Source of the DNA: Promethearchaeota archaeon
GTDB lineage: Archaea > Asgardarchaeota > Lokiarchaeia > Sigyniarchaeales > SOKP01
NCBI GenBank assembly: GCA_016840085.1
Contig: JAEOTA010000051.1
Location: 1 to 64,000 of the forward strand
DNA: 64,000 nt
Direction of reading: 5' to 3'
Shown: one piece after another, positions 50,436 through 60,993 of the stretch
How the letters are laid out: every line of letters begins with the position of its first letter
Position numbering within the stretch: the stretch's first letter is position 1
The notes under the pieces: generated by a model
What the model was told of the DNA's origin: nothing
The model's database searches: none
The model's input: only the letters and a program-made list of their open reading frames with translations
Translations under genes and position numbers: made by a program

Positions 50436-51869
50436 TCAGATTTGTTCAGCTCTTTCACGAAATTTTTCCATATCAACCACGATTCCTTTTAAACGCGATT
50501 CATCGGCAGCAAAAGCCATTAAGTGACTCTCAACTGTCTCCCGTGCATTTGTTAAAGGTTGAGTTTTTTCTTTATTAATGAGCGATTCAATGTAGGCATC
50601 TACTAGTTCAAAATTTCCTACACCATGCTCACCGGATTCACGTGTCAATTTTTTTCTATGTACAAGTTTTTCTGAGCCTGTAAAATGATCATAGAGAATA
50701 ATTTTCTCACCACTTATATGAAATTCACCTATTAATGTTGCTTTTGTTCCATCAATTCTTAAAGTACGACCTTCTTGTTCGCTGAAACCATGCATCGTTA
50801 AATTAGCTGTAACTCCGTTTTCAAATTCAATATTAACGACTTGATGATCTACTACATCATTATTGCAACGATATACACATTTTCCATATTGACTATTTTT
50901 AAGAATCTTAAGCTTAGCTTCATCAGTATAATCTTCTTTCTGGCCGGTATATAAATAATAAATTGGAAAGTCTCGATAATACCGTAATTCCTTAAGCGGT
51001 GTTACAAATTTTGAAATATATTTTAAAAATTTCACATAGTTCTTTCTTAACTTACCTAATATCTTTAAAAACCTGTTATCGCTTTTCTCCATCAATTGAA
51101 TTTGTGGGATAATATCAATATATATTCTTGGAGCGTAATAAAGGCATTTATCTTTAGCAGGGCATCCCTCTAAACAATATTCTGGAGCTCCTTTTGGAGC
51201 ATTCTCAGGTTTAAAATGCATTAAACTTCCAAAAGAACTAACTTTCTTTGGAAGTGAACCAACTAAATGAAAAAGTAAATCAAAATCATGACAACATTTT
51301 GCTAATATCATTGGAGATGATTTTTCTACATTTGACCATGGGCCTCTGATAAAACTATGGGCGTAATGATACCACATTACATTTTCTCTATGAGAAATAT
51401 TAACAATATCTCCTAATAATCCTTTTCTTGCTATTTCATATACAGTTGAAAAAAAATCAGTGTATCTTAGAACATGGCTCACCCCTAATACTCTTCCTGT
51501 CTCTTCTACTTTTTTAACTATTTTTATACAATCTTCTAGTCTATGAGCCATAGGTTTTTCTAAAAGCACGTGATACCCTTTTTCTAAGGCTAGTAATGTA
51601 GGTTTTGTATGCATTTGATCTTGCGTGCAAACAAATGCTACATCTGCTAATTTTTCTTCTAAAAGTAAATCTTCCCAACTTTTATAGCATCTATTTGAAG
51701 GAATCTTATGGAGTTTAGCAAATTTTTCACATCTAGTTTTAATAGGTTCAGCTACAGCAATAAATTTTAATTTTTTTTTATTTTTCAGAGCATATTCACC
51801 ATATGCCTGAAGCCCCCTTCTCCCAGCTCCAAGCATTACCGCAGTAATTGGTAATTTAATCTTAAACAC
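50436..51869 (-). CDS. Gfo/Idh/MocA family oxidoreductase
   Basis: GAGRRG, LLEKPMA, LAKCCHDFD. Confidence 0.9.
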   Translation of the reverse strand: MFKIKLPITAVMLGAGRRGLQAYGEYALKNKKKLKFIAVAEPIKTRCEKFAKLHKIPSNRCYKSWEDLLLEEKLADVAFVCTQDQMHTKPTLLALEKGYHVLLEKPMAHRLEDCIKIVKKVEETGRVLGVSHVLRYTDFFSTVYEIARKGLLGDIVNISHRENVMWYHYAHSFIRGPWSNVEKSSPMILAKCCHDFDLLFHLVGSLPKKVSSFGSLMHFKPENAPKGAPEYCLEGCPAKDKCLYYAPRIYIDIIPQIQLMEKSDNRFLKILGKLRKNYVKFLKYISKFVTPLKELRYYRDFPIYYLYTGQKEDYTDEAKLKILKNSQYGKCVYRCNNDVVDHQVVNIEFENGVTANLTMHGFSEQEGRTLRIDGTKATLIGEFHISGEKIILYDHFTGSEKLVHRKKLTRESGEHGVGNFELVDAYIESLINKEKTQPLTNARETVESHLMAFAADESRLKGIVVDMEKFRERAEQI

Positions 51870-51967
51870 CTATAATGATGATATTCTATAGAAGAAGAAT
51901 TCATAAAAATCTAAAGTTTTCAATAGATTACCATAATTAGTGATTTTTAAAATAGATAATCATTATT

Positions 51968-52201
51968 TTACTCCTTGTTAGAATTTTCAAGTTGATCTCT
52001 ATAATTGAAAACCGCTTTAGCTATTTCCCCCAAATATGCAACTGGAGTCATTGATTTTCCACACTTGTTACATTTAAAATCAACCATGCCTTCTATCGAA
52101 ATCATTGCCCCATCATCACAAAAAGCACACATTTCGAAAGACCATTTGTCTATTACTTTCATTATTTTTTCTATAAATTCTTCTTGAATTGATGCTGTCA
52201 T
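51968..52201 (-). CDS. Small zinc-ribbon protein
   Basis: CAFC...CNKCG. Confidence 0.7.
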   Translation of the reverse strand: MTASIQEEFIEKIMKVIDKWSFEMCAFCDDGAMISIEGMVDFKCNKCGKSMTPVAYLGEIAKAVFNYRDQLENSNKE

Positions 52202-52307
52202 GATAAATCACATTACATTATTTTACTATTATAGTTAATTATTTTTATTTTTTTTTTTGAAAACAAAATAGTAATTAATCATCTATTTAAGAAGCTTATG
52301 TTGAAAT

Positions 52308-53420
52308 TTAAGATTTAAAGACTTTTGGAATAAAACCTTCGATTAATAAACAATCAAGTAATACAACTGCTGTCATAGCTTCAACTACTGGAATGACCCG
52401 TGGTGCAATGCATGGGTCATGTCTTCCAGAAAATTCAATTTCTACATTTTTATTCGTTTCAATATTTACTGTTTTTTGAGAGATGCCTATAGAAGAAGGT
52501 GGTTTTACAACAACTGTAAATTCAATAGGCATTCCTGTAGAAATTCCGCCAATTATGCCACCCGCATCATTTTTCATAGTTTGTACTTTTCCATCTTTAA
52601 TAACCCATGGATCATTATGTTCAGATCCTTTCATTTGTGCTGATTTAAATCCTGCTCCAAACTCTATACCTTTTATGGCAGGGATGGAAAAAATAGCCTT
52701 ACTTATGATAGATTCAAGGCCATTGAAAACTGGACCTCCCTTCCCCTCTGGAAAATTTTTTACTATGCATTTTATGGACCCTCCAATTGAATCTTTTTGA
52801 TTTTTGACTTTAATAATTAATTGTTCCATTAACTTGGATTTTTCGCTGTCTAATGCTCTAATTAGAGATTTTTCTCTTAAATCGATCAATTCTTTGTAAT
52901 CGTATAACGTATAATCTTTTTCATCAAGTATATCTCCAATACTTTTTGTATATGCTAATATAGTTATATTGCATTTTTGTAATATTTGTTTAGCTACAGC
53001 TCCCGCGATCACAAACCCCGCTGTAACTCTGCCAGAAAATCGTCCTGAACCCCGATAATCAGAATTTCCCCCAAATTTTATTAATGCTGTATAGTCTGCG
53101 TGAGAGGGTCGTAGAAATTTTTTAAATTTTTCATATGGTAAGGAATTAATATCTTTATTTTCTATAGTTAAACAAATTGGAGCTCCAGTTGTTTTTTTAT
53201 TGAAAATCCCTGATAATACTTTTACTTTATCTTCTTCATTACGTGAAGTTGTGAGGTTAGATTGACCAGGTCTTCTCATATTTAATTCTTTCTGAATTAG
53301 TTCTAAATTAAAATCGAGTCCTGCTGGAACCCCATCTATAATTATTCCAATTAATTTGCCATGACTCTCTCCAAAAGAAGTTATTTTAAAAATTGTACCA
53401 AAAGAGTTGTCCACACACAA
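52308..53420 (-). CDS. aroC: Chorismate synthase
   Basis: GESHG, RRPGQS, RPSHAD, GGISTG, GRHDPC. Confidence 0.95.
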   Translation of the reverse strand: MCVDNSFGTIFKITSFGESHGKLIGIIIDGVPAGLDFNLELIQKELNMRRPGQSNLTTSRNEEDKVKVLSGIFNKKTTGAPICLTIENKDINSLPYEKFKKFLRPSHADYTALIKFGGNSDYRGSGRFSGRVTAGFVIAGAVAKQILQKCNITILAYTKSIGDILDEKDYTLYDYKELIDLREKSLIRALDSEKSKLMEQLIIKVKNQKDSIGGSIKCIVKNFPEGKGGPVFNGLESIISKAIFSIPAIKGIEFGAGFKSAQMKGSEHNDPWVIKDGKVQTMKNDAGGIIGGISTGMPIEFTVVVKPPSSIGISQKTVNIETNKNVEIEFSGRHDPCIAPRVIPVVEAMTAVVLLDCLLIEGFIPKVFKS

Positions 53421-53505
53421 TCACTTCTATTTAAACTTCATAAGATCATAATTTTTCTTCAATATTTAATTAATATTATATCTTTTACTTTCTATTTATT
53501 ATTTA

Positions 53506-54822
53506 ATGGATCTCAAAATTAATCCATTAGCAAACAATTTAAGCGGTGAAATCATAGCACCAGGATCTAAAAGTTACTCACATAGAGCTTTTATAGCTGC
53601 TAGCCTTGCAGATGGGATTTCTATAATTAAAAATCCTTTAGTTTCTGGAGATGCTGGAGTTACTATAGATATTTTAAGGTTATTAGGAATAAAAATCTTA
53701 AAAATAGATGGTAACTCTTATATTATAGAACGTTCAAGAGGCTCATTTAAGCCCTATAGAAGAGCTCTTGATTGCAAAAATTCTGGAACTTCCATAAGAA
53801 TTTTTAGTGTTTTAAGTTTATTAATTAAAGGAGGACTTACGTTAACAGGCGAATTTATAAGACGGAAGCGACCTCTTCTTCCTCTCCTCAACGCAATAGA
53901 ATCATTAGGAGCAAAATTTAAACTATCTGATGAAAAACTTCAAATTAAACGTAAAAAAGTCCTCTGTAATAAAGTAAAGATTCCTGGAAATATAAGCTCG
54001 CAGTTCATAACAGCTTTATTAATGGTATGTCCATTATTAAAGTGTGATAATAAAGATTATATTGAAATTGAACTAACAACCTCATTAGTTTCATCACCAT
54101 ATATAAAAATTACTTTAGATGTATTAAACTCATTTGGTATACATATTCAAGAAAATTTCGAAGATGGAAAATTTTATATAACAACCGAACAAACTTATAG
54201 AGCCCAATCCTATGAAATTCCAGGAGATTTTTCTTCTGCATCATTTCTTATCGCTGCTACAGTATTGTCCTATAAAAAATCAAAATTAATTATTAACAAT
54301 TTAAGTACAAACGATTTTCAAGGAGATAAAAAAATAATTGAAATCCTAAATAGAATGGGAGCTAATATTAAAGTTGATGAAAATCAGAAGCAAGTAATTG
54401 TTAAGGGAAATCTAAATAAATACCCTTTAAAAGGCTTGGAGATCGATTGTCATGATATACCAGATCTATTTCCTATTTTGGCAGTTATAGGTGCTTTAGC
54501 GGAAGGCAAGACTATATTATATAATGCTTTACATCTTAGAAGTAAAGAAAGTGATAGAATTTCTGTTATGGCTCGCGAATTAGAAAAAATGGGAGTTGAG
54601 GTAATAGAAGAAAATGATAAGCTAACAATACTTCACTGTAGTAACTTAAAGGGCACTATTATAGATCACGATAACGATCATAGAATTGCAATGGCTTGCA
54701 GTATTGCTGCCTTGTATGCTAATCCCAATTCTCAAATAAAAAACATAGATATTGTAAATGATTCTTATCCTACATTTCTAAATGATTTAAAGAAATTAGG
54801 AGCTCAAATAGAATTAGTTTGA
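53506..54822 (+). CDS. aroA: EPSP synthase
   Basis: SKSYSHR, NSGTSIR, SSQF, KESDRI, DHRIAM. Confidence 0.95.
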   Translation: MDLKINPLANNLSGEIIAPGSKSYSHRAFIAASLADGISIIKNPLVSGDAGVTIDILRLLGIKILKIDGNSYIIERSRGSFKPYRRALDCKNSGTSIRIFSVLSLLIKGGLTLTGEFIRRKRPLLPLLNAIESLGAKFKLSDEKLQIKRKKVLCNKVKIPGNISSQFITALLMVCPLLKCDNKDYIEIELTTSLVSSPYIKITLDVLNSFGIHIQENFEDGKFYITTEQTYRAQSYEIPGDFSSASFLIAATVLSYKKSKLIINNLSTNDFQGDKKIIEILNRMGANIKVDENQKQVIVKGNLNKYPLKGLEIDCHDIPDLFPILAVIGALAEGKTILYNALHLRSKESDRISVMARELEKMGVEVIEENDKLTILHCSNLKGTIIDHDNDHRIAMACSIAALYANPNSQIKNIDIVNDSYPTFLNDLKKLGAQIELV

Positions 54823-54836
54823 ATTATTTAAAGATA

Positions 54837-55247
54837 TTATCTAAAACTTTTCTGTCTTCGGGCACGAGCTTTTTTCCCGCCGAATTTCTTTGGTTCTGTT
54901 CTCCGTGAATCACCACTTAACAAAGAATCATCATATTCTCTGAAAGCTCGTTCTATTGTTTTTGTGCCTATAAATTTATAAATTGATTTTGCAATAGCCA
55001 TGCGTACAGCATCAGTTTGACCCATTTTTCCCCCACCCTTAACTCGAACATTGATATCACATTTCTCAAGCTTAGGATGATTTATTATTTCAATAGCTTC
55101 TTGTATTCTCATCCGAGCGATTTCAGGTTCATATAGATCTAACGGGACGTTATTAATTTTTATTTGTCCTTTTCCTGGATGTATTAACACTGCTTTTGCT
55201 ATTGCACTTTTCCTTTTACCTGATGCTTGAATTACTTTCAATGACAT
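54837..55247 (-). CDS. rps9: Ribosomal protein uS9
   Basis: GKRKSAIA, GGGKMGQ, EPKKFGG...RQKSFR. Confidence 0.96.
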   Translation of the reverse strand: MSLKVIQASGKRKSAIAKAVLIHPGKGQIKINNVPLDLYEPEIARMRIQEAIEIINHPKLEKCDINVRVKGGGKMGQTDAVRMAIAKSIYKFIGTKTIERAFREYDDSLLSGDSRRTEPKKFGGKKARARRQKSFR

Positions 55248-55251
55248 TTTT

Positions 55252-55725
55252 TTAAACCTCAGCTTCTTTTTTATTCCATCCTATGCGTAAACAAAGATTT
55301 TCCAAGGTAATGTACTTATTATAAAATGAAAGGCGCTTCCTGTCTACATTGTTGATTTCAATGGGTTTCAATTCTTGGTATCTATTTTTGAAGCGTTCTG
55401 GGATGTCTGTAATATATACATGAATTCTTTTTAAAGCTTCTTTTCCCCGGAGTTTTTTTCTTGGAAGCATTTGTTTTATGACTCTTCTCATAAAAGTGTC
55501 TGGTCTTCTTTCATGAAACGGGCCTCTACGAGGATTTGTCGCGGTTGTAATATTTAATTTAGCTAAGTATTTTTCGTGAATATCTCTCTTAGTTCCGCTT
55601 ATAATTGCATCTTTAGCATTAATAATTACTATATTCTCTCCCAATAGTGCTTTTTTTGCAATTTGACTACAAAACCGACCTAATATCTTATTGGTAGCAT
55701 CTATTAATTGATATGTTATTACCAT
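55252..55725 (-). CDS. rpl13: Ribosomal protein uL13
   Basis: IDA...LGR, GPFHERRP, MLP. Confidence 0.95.
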   Translation of the reverse strand: MVITYQLIDATNKILGRFCSQIAKKALLGENIVIINAKDAIISGTKRDIHEKYLAKLNITTATNPRRGPFHERRPDTFMRRVIKQMLPRKKLRGKEALKRIHVYITDIPERFKNRYQELKPIEINNVDRKRLSFYNKYITLENLCLRIGWNKKEAEV

Positions 55726-55748
55726 TGTTTCAAACTCTCACATTATTA

Positions 55749-56105
55749 TTAATAAAAAATCTTTACTCCATTACCTTTAGGATTTTGTTCCAATAATTCT
55801 TCTATTGAAATTAATTTGCTTCCTGAAGATTCCATTTTTTTCTTAGCAGATTTTGAATATTCTAAACATGCTATTGTTAGAGTATGGTTTAAATCACCTA
55901 CTCCTAATACTTTACCTGGAACAACTATAACATCATTTTTTTTTGTTTTCTTATCAATACGATATAGATTCACTTTAACTTTATTCCTTCTTGGACCACT
56001 TAATTTTTTTGAGATTGTTCTCCATATTTTTATTTTTGTTTTCCATAAATCTCTTATTAATACTCTAATGTAATAATTTGACGGTCCGGTTATTTTATGA
56101 GACAT
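55749..56105 (-). CDS. rpl18e: Ribosomal protein eL18
   Basis: VNL, VVPGKVLGVG, NPKG. Confidence 0.95.
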   Translation of the reverse strand: MSHKITGPSNYYIRVLIRDLWKTKIKIWRTISKKLSGPRRNKVKVNLYRIDKKTKKNDVIVVPGKVLGVGDLNHTLTIACLEYSKSAKKKMESSGSKLISIEELLEQNPKGNGVKIFY

Positions 56106-56182
56106 TAAAGGCTCCTATTCATGTTTTAATTCATTAAAATTGATATTTAAAATTCTTGATATTTTAATAAATTTTGGATAGA

Positions 56183-57016
56183 TTATGTTTTTATTTCAAT
56201 TGCCGCAAGTTTTTCAATAAACTCATCAACCTTTTCCAAAAAGATCTCGAAAGTCTTTTTAATTATCATCGCAAAAGGTAAAACACCATCACTTTCAATA
56301 AAAAAAATATAAGTATTTACCTTTTCACCTACTTTTATTGCTTTTTCTGGACAATCTCTTACGCAAGATTCACATAATGTACATTTTTTCCAATAATCCT
56401 CTAATAATTTCGGAGTTTTTTGGTTTGAAAAATCATACAATTTTTCTGGACACATTCTAGATACGATACATCTATCTGGACATTTAGCACATTTATTGTC
56501 ATCAAATTCTATTTCTGGATAAAATCTATAGAAAACATTAGATACAGCTTGCCATTTTACATGATCCTTTGTGATACCTAAGATTGCATACGCTTCTAAA
56601 ATTAGTTTATCATTTTTATCAATTTTAACTATTGGAATAGTAGGATCTACAGGAATTATCTTTGGATCATTTGATTTAAGATCACCAGAATATATTTCTA
56701 AGGGTGTATTCGTTGTGTTTGTTACTTCACATGTTAAAGAGACTTGGCACAAAGGACACCCATATCCCCCGCAGGTACAATCACGAGGTAATTTATAAGT
56801 ATCTAAGTCAGTAGTGAGGGGTATTAAACCTAAACGGTGTGAAATTATCTCATCATAGAGAGGGCTATCATTTTTTAAAATGATTACCTCATCAATAGCC
56901 ATAACAGGTATTTCAGATTGAATGATTCTTCTAATTGCATTTGCCATTTCGATGGAAATTCCCTCAACAACAAAAGACAATTTATGTTCACTTTTTTCGA
57001 GAACTTCAAGATTCAT
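56183..57016 (-). CDS. rpo3: RNA polymerase subunit Rpo3 (RpoD)
   Basis: ANAIRR, DEIISHRLGLIPL, HVKWQ, ESDG; Cys loop and ferredoxin-like domain. Confidence 0.95.
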   Translation of the reverse strand: MNLEVLEKSEHKLSFVVEGISIEMANAIRRIIQSEIPVMAIDEVIILKNDSPLYDEIISHRLGLIPLTTDLDTYKLPRDCTCGGYGCPLCQVSLTCEVTNTTNTPLEIYSGDLKSNDPKIIPVDPTIPIVKIDKNDKLILEAYAILGITKDHVKWQAVSNVFYRFYPEIEFDDNKCAKCPDRCIVSRMCPEKLYDFSNQKTPKLLEDYWKKCTLCESCVRDCPEKAIKVGEKVNTYIFFIESDGVLPFAMIIKKTFEIFLEKVDEFIEKLAAIEIKT

Positions 57017-57113
57017 AATGCATTAAAAAATTAAAATTTAAGATTAGAATAACAAGGATAATCTGCCATTTTAGATAAGTTTTATTATTCTAGAAAAAAA
57101 AGAGTAAAATTAA

Positions 57114-58442
57114 TTAATAAAACTTTATATATTCATAGGCTTTATTTTGAGATTGGAAGCAATACTTTATTTCTTGAAAATTTTTTCTAAATTCGGTAAC
57201 TTCATCTCTTACCTTTTTAGGGTCCTTCTTATCAATTAACAATTTTTTAAAAAATTCAGCAATATCCACCATTTCGCTTTTACCCATACCTAACCTAGTG
57301 ACTTCAGATGTCCCAATTCTCAAACCACCTGGGTTTTGATAGTGTCTACCTGCTGCGATATCATACGGTAAAAGATTGCGATTAAGAATTATATTTGCTT
57401 CTTCTAATCGTTTTTCGATATCTCCGCCCAATCCAATACTTTTTTCAAAATCTGTAATATCAACAACAATTTGATGGGATTCAGTAAAACCTTTATGTTC
57501 CATCAACACTTTCAATCCCCTTTCATATAAAGCTTGTCCAAGAGTTTTTGCATTTTCGATAACATTTTTATGATATTCTTTCCCAAATTCTAGCATTTCA
57601 GCTAATGCGATAGCTAACCCTGCAACATTATGTAGATGATGATTGGATAGCAAAGCTGGAAAGGCACATGATTTTAGTGTTTCAATCAAGTCTTCCCTAT
57701 TTGATACAAGAGTTCCATGTTGAGGCCCTGGGAGTGTTTTATGAGTACTTAAAGACATCGCATCCGCCCCTTCTCTTAAAGGATCTTGGAAATATCCTGA
57801 ACCGATTAATCCAGCTACATGTGCTGCATCATAACCCACATAAGCTCCAACTTCTTTTGCAACATCACCTAATTCTTTAATTGGATGCGGGAATAAAAAT
57901 ACTGAACCTCCAAATAAAACTAATTCAGGTTCAAATTCTCTAATGATTTTTGCTGAACCATCAATATCAAGATTCATTTCATCATTATCAAATGCTAAAT
58001 ATTCAACATTTATTCCTCTTGTCGTTCCTGCGGTACCAAAAATTTCTCTCCCACTTTTTGCAAATCGAGGACCATGTGAAATATGACCCCCCCGAACAAT
58101 TGACATGCAACACATTTTTCCATTATTATCTGATGTGAATGCATTATACATAACTAAGTTAGCAACAACTCCAGATACTGGGCGAACATCAGCATGTATA
58201 CATTTGAAATATTCATTAGCAAGATCCATGCAGATATCTTCAATTTGGTCTATATATGTACACCCTGCATAAACACGTTGTCCACTCCAACCTTCTGCAT
58301 AACGATGTGAAAAATCTGTTGCACAGGCTTCATCTACTGCAGGGCTGGTAATATTTTCAGAAGCTATTAAAGGAATCGATCTTTGAAACCAATCATGGTG
58401 TTCAAGTAAGAGATTTCGGATTTCAGCTATTTTTTTCTTCAA
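57114..58442 (-). CDS. glyA: Serine hydroxymethyltransferase (archaeal type)
   Basis: LIASEN, YAEG, GGHISH, DAAHVAG, STHKTLPGPQ. Confidence 0.95.
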   Translation of the reverse strand: MKKKIAEIRNLLLEHHDWFQRSIPLIASENITSPAVDEACATDFSHRYAEGWSGQRVYAGCTYIDQIEDICMDLANEYFKCIHADVRPVSGVVANLVMYNAFTSDNNGKMCCMSIVRGGHISHGPRFAKSGREIFGTAGTTRGINVEYLAFDNDEMNLDIDGSAKIIREFEPELVLFGGSVFLFPHPIKELGDVAKEVGAYVGYDAAHVAGLIGSGYFQDPLREGADAMSLSTHKTLPGPQHGTLVSNREDLIETLKSCAFPALLSNHHLHNVAGLAIALAEMLEFGKEYHKNVIENAKTLGQALYERGLKVLMEHKGFTESHQIVVDITDFEKSIGLGGDIEKRLEEANIILNRNLLPYDIAAGRHYQNPGGLRIGTSEVTRLGMGKSEMVDIAEFFKKLLIDKKDPKKVRDEVTEFRKNFQEIKYCFQSQNKAYEYIKFY

Positions 58443-58715
58443 TTTAAATCATTCTCTAATTTTTAGTTTAAACGTTAATAAAATAATAACTCTTCAATTT
58501 TTTTAAATCTTTGTCAGAACTCTAAATTTATTTAATAATAAGTAATAAAACAGGTTTAAACTCTTATTAGATTCACCCAATTTAGACTTTTAGGGAAAAT
58601 GTGAAAAAACAAACAAAATAAGAGTTAAGGTTCATTACATAGTAAATTTAAAAGTTATCAGATAAATTGATTAGCATTAAATTTGAAGATTAATAAGAAC
58701 ACATTTGCTAATGAG

Positions 58716-59615
58716 TTATTCTTTAGACTGTTCTAAAATTAATCGAGCTTCAAATAAATTTAATTTTTTACCAGCTTTTTGTTTTTCCAAAGCCGTTGCT
58801 AATTTATCTTGTTTAATTTTTTTTAATATTTCACTTCTCTTACTAATTTGACGCGGTCTCGTAGAAGGTTTTCTGCTAGGTGTGTATGGTCTTTTTCCCC
58901 TAGAAATTTTCTTCCTTTGATTCATTAAATTCAAATATTGTTCATGGTATCGGTCTGCAGATTTCTTATTTTCGATCAATTCTTCTTCTATAATTCTTTT
59001 ATTTTCTTTAAGTTGATCTACTTTTTGAAAGGTCTCTAACATTTTAGCATGATATTCTTGAGATTTATTTGACCATTTATTTAATTGTTCATAGATTTTA
59101 TTAAGATTAATCTTAACTATCTCACTTTTTCTTTCAATCCTAAAAAGATCGCTATTCTGTTGCACTGCAAAATAATTTTGTTTCATTTCTGCTAATTCTT
59201 TTATTTTATCTATAAGAGCGTTTTCTTCTGAGATATCTAGATTTTCAATCTCAATTCTTCTTTCTAAATTATCTATTTTCCGTTCAATTTGTTTAATCGA
59301 AACAATTGTATTTGGCTTTTTATTATTTTTTCGAATTGCCTTTTTTTCTTCTGTTAATTTCTCTAATAAGGTTTTATATTCAATTTTTTTGTCTTTTAAC
59401 TGTTTTACTTTATCATTCCAATAATCTCTTCTCTTTTTATATTTTTCTTTCGCAAATTTTAATAAATTATTAATTTCAGTTTCGTTTTCTTGTAAGTTAT
59501 TGATATATTCCTTCGTTTTTGCATTCAAATCATCTCTTTTCTTACGAATATCATCGATTATGAGTTGAAGGTCTCTAAGAGATTTTTGAGAGCTATTAGG
59601 TTTATTTCTACTCAT
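58716..59615 (-). CDS. Archaeal long coiled-coil protein (COG1340-like)
   Basis: Heptad-rich; LDISEENALIDKI and GKKLNLFE motifs. Confidence 0.75.
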   Translation of the reverse strand: MSRNKPNSSQKSLRDLQLIIDDIRKKRDDLNAKTKEYINNLQENETEINNLLKFAKEKYKKRRDYWNDKVKQLKDKKIEYKTLLEKLTEEKKAIRKNNKKPNTIVSIKQIERKIDNLERRIEIENLDISEENALIDKIKELAEMKQNYFAVQQNSDLFRIERKSEIVKINLNKIYEQLNKWSNKSQEYHAKMLETFQKVDQLKENKRIIEEELIENKKSADRYHEQYLNLMNQRKKISRGKRPYTPSRKPSTRPRQISKRSEILKKIKQDKLATALEKQKAGKKLNLFEARLILEQSKE

Positions 59616-59775
59616 AAATTAATTCATTAAAGAGTATTTAATAAAAAGATTTTTTAAAAAGTGTTTAAGTAAATACATTGAATATTTTTTATATATTTTA
59701 TGTAAATAAATCAGAAATAAAAGTTAGGCTACTGATAAAAAATTAAAGATTTATTAATTTTAGAAATAATAAAGA

Positions 59776-60654
59776 ATGAAATTAAATATGACTCCTAAAA
59801 TAGTAAAGGAAAATGATTTAATTTTCTTGGTACTTGATGATAGAAGGAGATGGCTAGTGCAGTGTCAATCTGGAGCCACTTTCCATACACATAAAGGAAT
59901 AATTGAATTTGATGATATAATAGGGAAAGAATTTGGGACTGTGATTTTTTCAAAACCATTTGAAAAACAAGGTTATAAGTTTTACGTGTTAAAACCTTTA
60001 CCTTCTGATTATATAATCCATATGACTCGTAAGACTCAAATAATTTATCCTGAAGATGCTGGAATGATTCTACTCTACTCAGGTATTGGACCTGGAAGTA
60101 TAGTCATTGAAGCTGGTTGTGGTTCTGGAGCTCTGACATGTATCTTAGGGAATTATGTTCGTCCAAATGGGCATGTATATTCTTATGATAATCGCGAAAA
60201 ATCGATAAAAAGAGCGAATAAAAATGTAGAAAAAGCAAAATTAGACGAATTTGTTACTATAAAATCAGCAGATATTATAACTGATAATTTAAATCAAACT
60301 GGTGTAGATTCTGTAGTTTTAGATATTGCTGAACCATGGAATTCCATTGTAAAAGTTAAAAATTATTTAAAGTTAAGTGGAACGCTTTTTTCATTTTCCC
60401 CAACCATTGAACAAGTGAAGAAAACTACGTTTGAGATGAGAGAAAATGATTTTATTGAAATAAAAACATTTGAATTAATAAAAAGAAAAATTCAAGTTAG
60501 AAAGAATGCTACTCGACCTGAAGTGAGAATGATTGGTCATACGGGCTATTTAACATTTGGAAGGAAAGTTAAAGATATGAAAAATCCTTATAGAGAAAAA
60601 AAACCAAAAGTAAAAGAAAAGATAAATATGAATGGAATGCCTTTAAGAAGGTGA
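59776..60654 (+). CDS. trmI: tRNA (adenine-N1) methyltransferase
   Basis: TQIIYPED, EAGCGSGAL, LDIAEPW, FSPTIEQV, HTGYL. Confidence 0.94.
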   Translation: MKLNMTPKIVKENDLIFLVLDDRRRWLVQCQSGATFHTHKGIIEFDDIIGKEFGTVIFSKPFEKQGYKFYVLKPLPSDYIIHMTRKTQIIYPEDAGMILLYSGIGPGSIVIEAGCGSGALTCILGNYVRPNGHVYSYDNREKSIKRANKNVEKAKLDEFVTIKSADIITDNLNQTGVDSVVLDIAEPWNSIVKVKNYLKLSGTLFSFSPTIEQVKKTTFEMRENDFIEIKTFELIKRKIQVRKNATRPEVRMIGHTGYLTFGRKVKDMKNPYREKKPKVKEKINMNGMPLRR

Positions 60655-60657
60655 GAT

Positions 60658-60993
60658 ATCACGGATATTGACTATAAAGATTTTTTAAAATTAGATATAA
60701 GAGTTGGTTTTGTAAAGAAATGTGATAAAATTCCTGACTCAAATAATTTATATAAAATGATGGTAGATTGCGGAGAAAATAATCTAAGACAAATTGTATC
60801 AGGTATTTCTCAATATTATACCTCGGAAGATTTGATTGGTAAGAAAATTATCGTATTAACTAATTTAAAACCTCGAAAATTCATGGGAATTGAAAGTCAG
60901 GGAATGTTATTAGCTGCTGATCATAATAATGAGCCATTTTTATTAAAAATTGATGAAAGAAAACCAATACCCCCCGGATGTAGAATAAAATAA
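60658..60993 (+). CDS. Stand-alone tRNA-binding OB-fold protein (Trbp111/MetRS C-terminal-like); start uncertain and non-canonical
   Basis: Conserved DFLKLDIRVG lies upstream of the first ATG (60757); QIVSGI, NLKPRK, ESQGMLLA. Confidence 0.85.
   Translation: MTDIDYKDFLKLDIRVGFVKKCDKIPDSNNLYKMMVDCGENNLRQIVSGISQYYTSEDLIGKKIIVLTNLKPRKFMGIESQGMLLAADHNNEPFLLKIDERKPIPPGCRIK

Noticed and set aside
60652-60654. Selenocysteine recoding of the trmI TGA
   Set aside because: It is not at a catalytic Cys position, no SECIS was recognised, and the TGA is explained as part of an SD sequence
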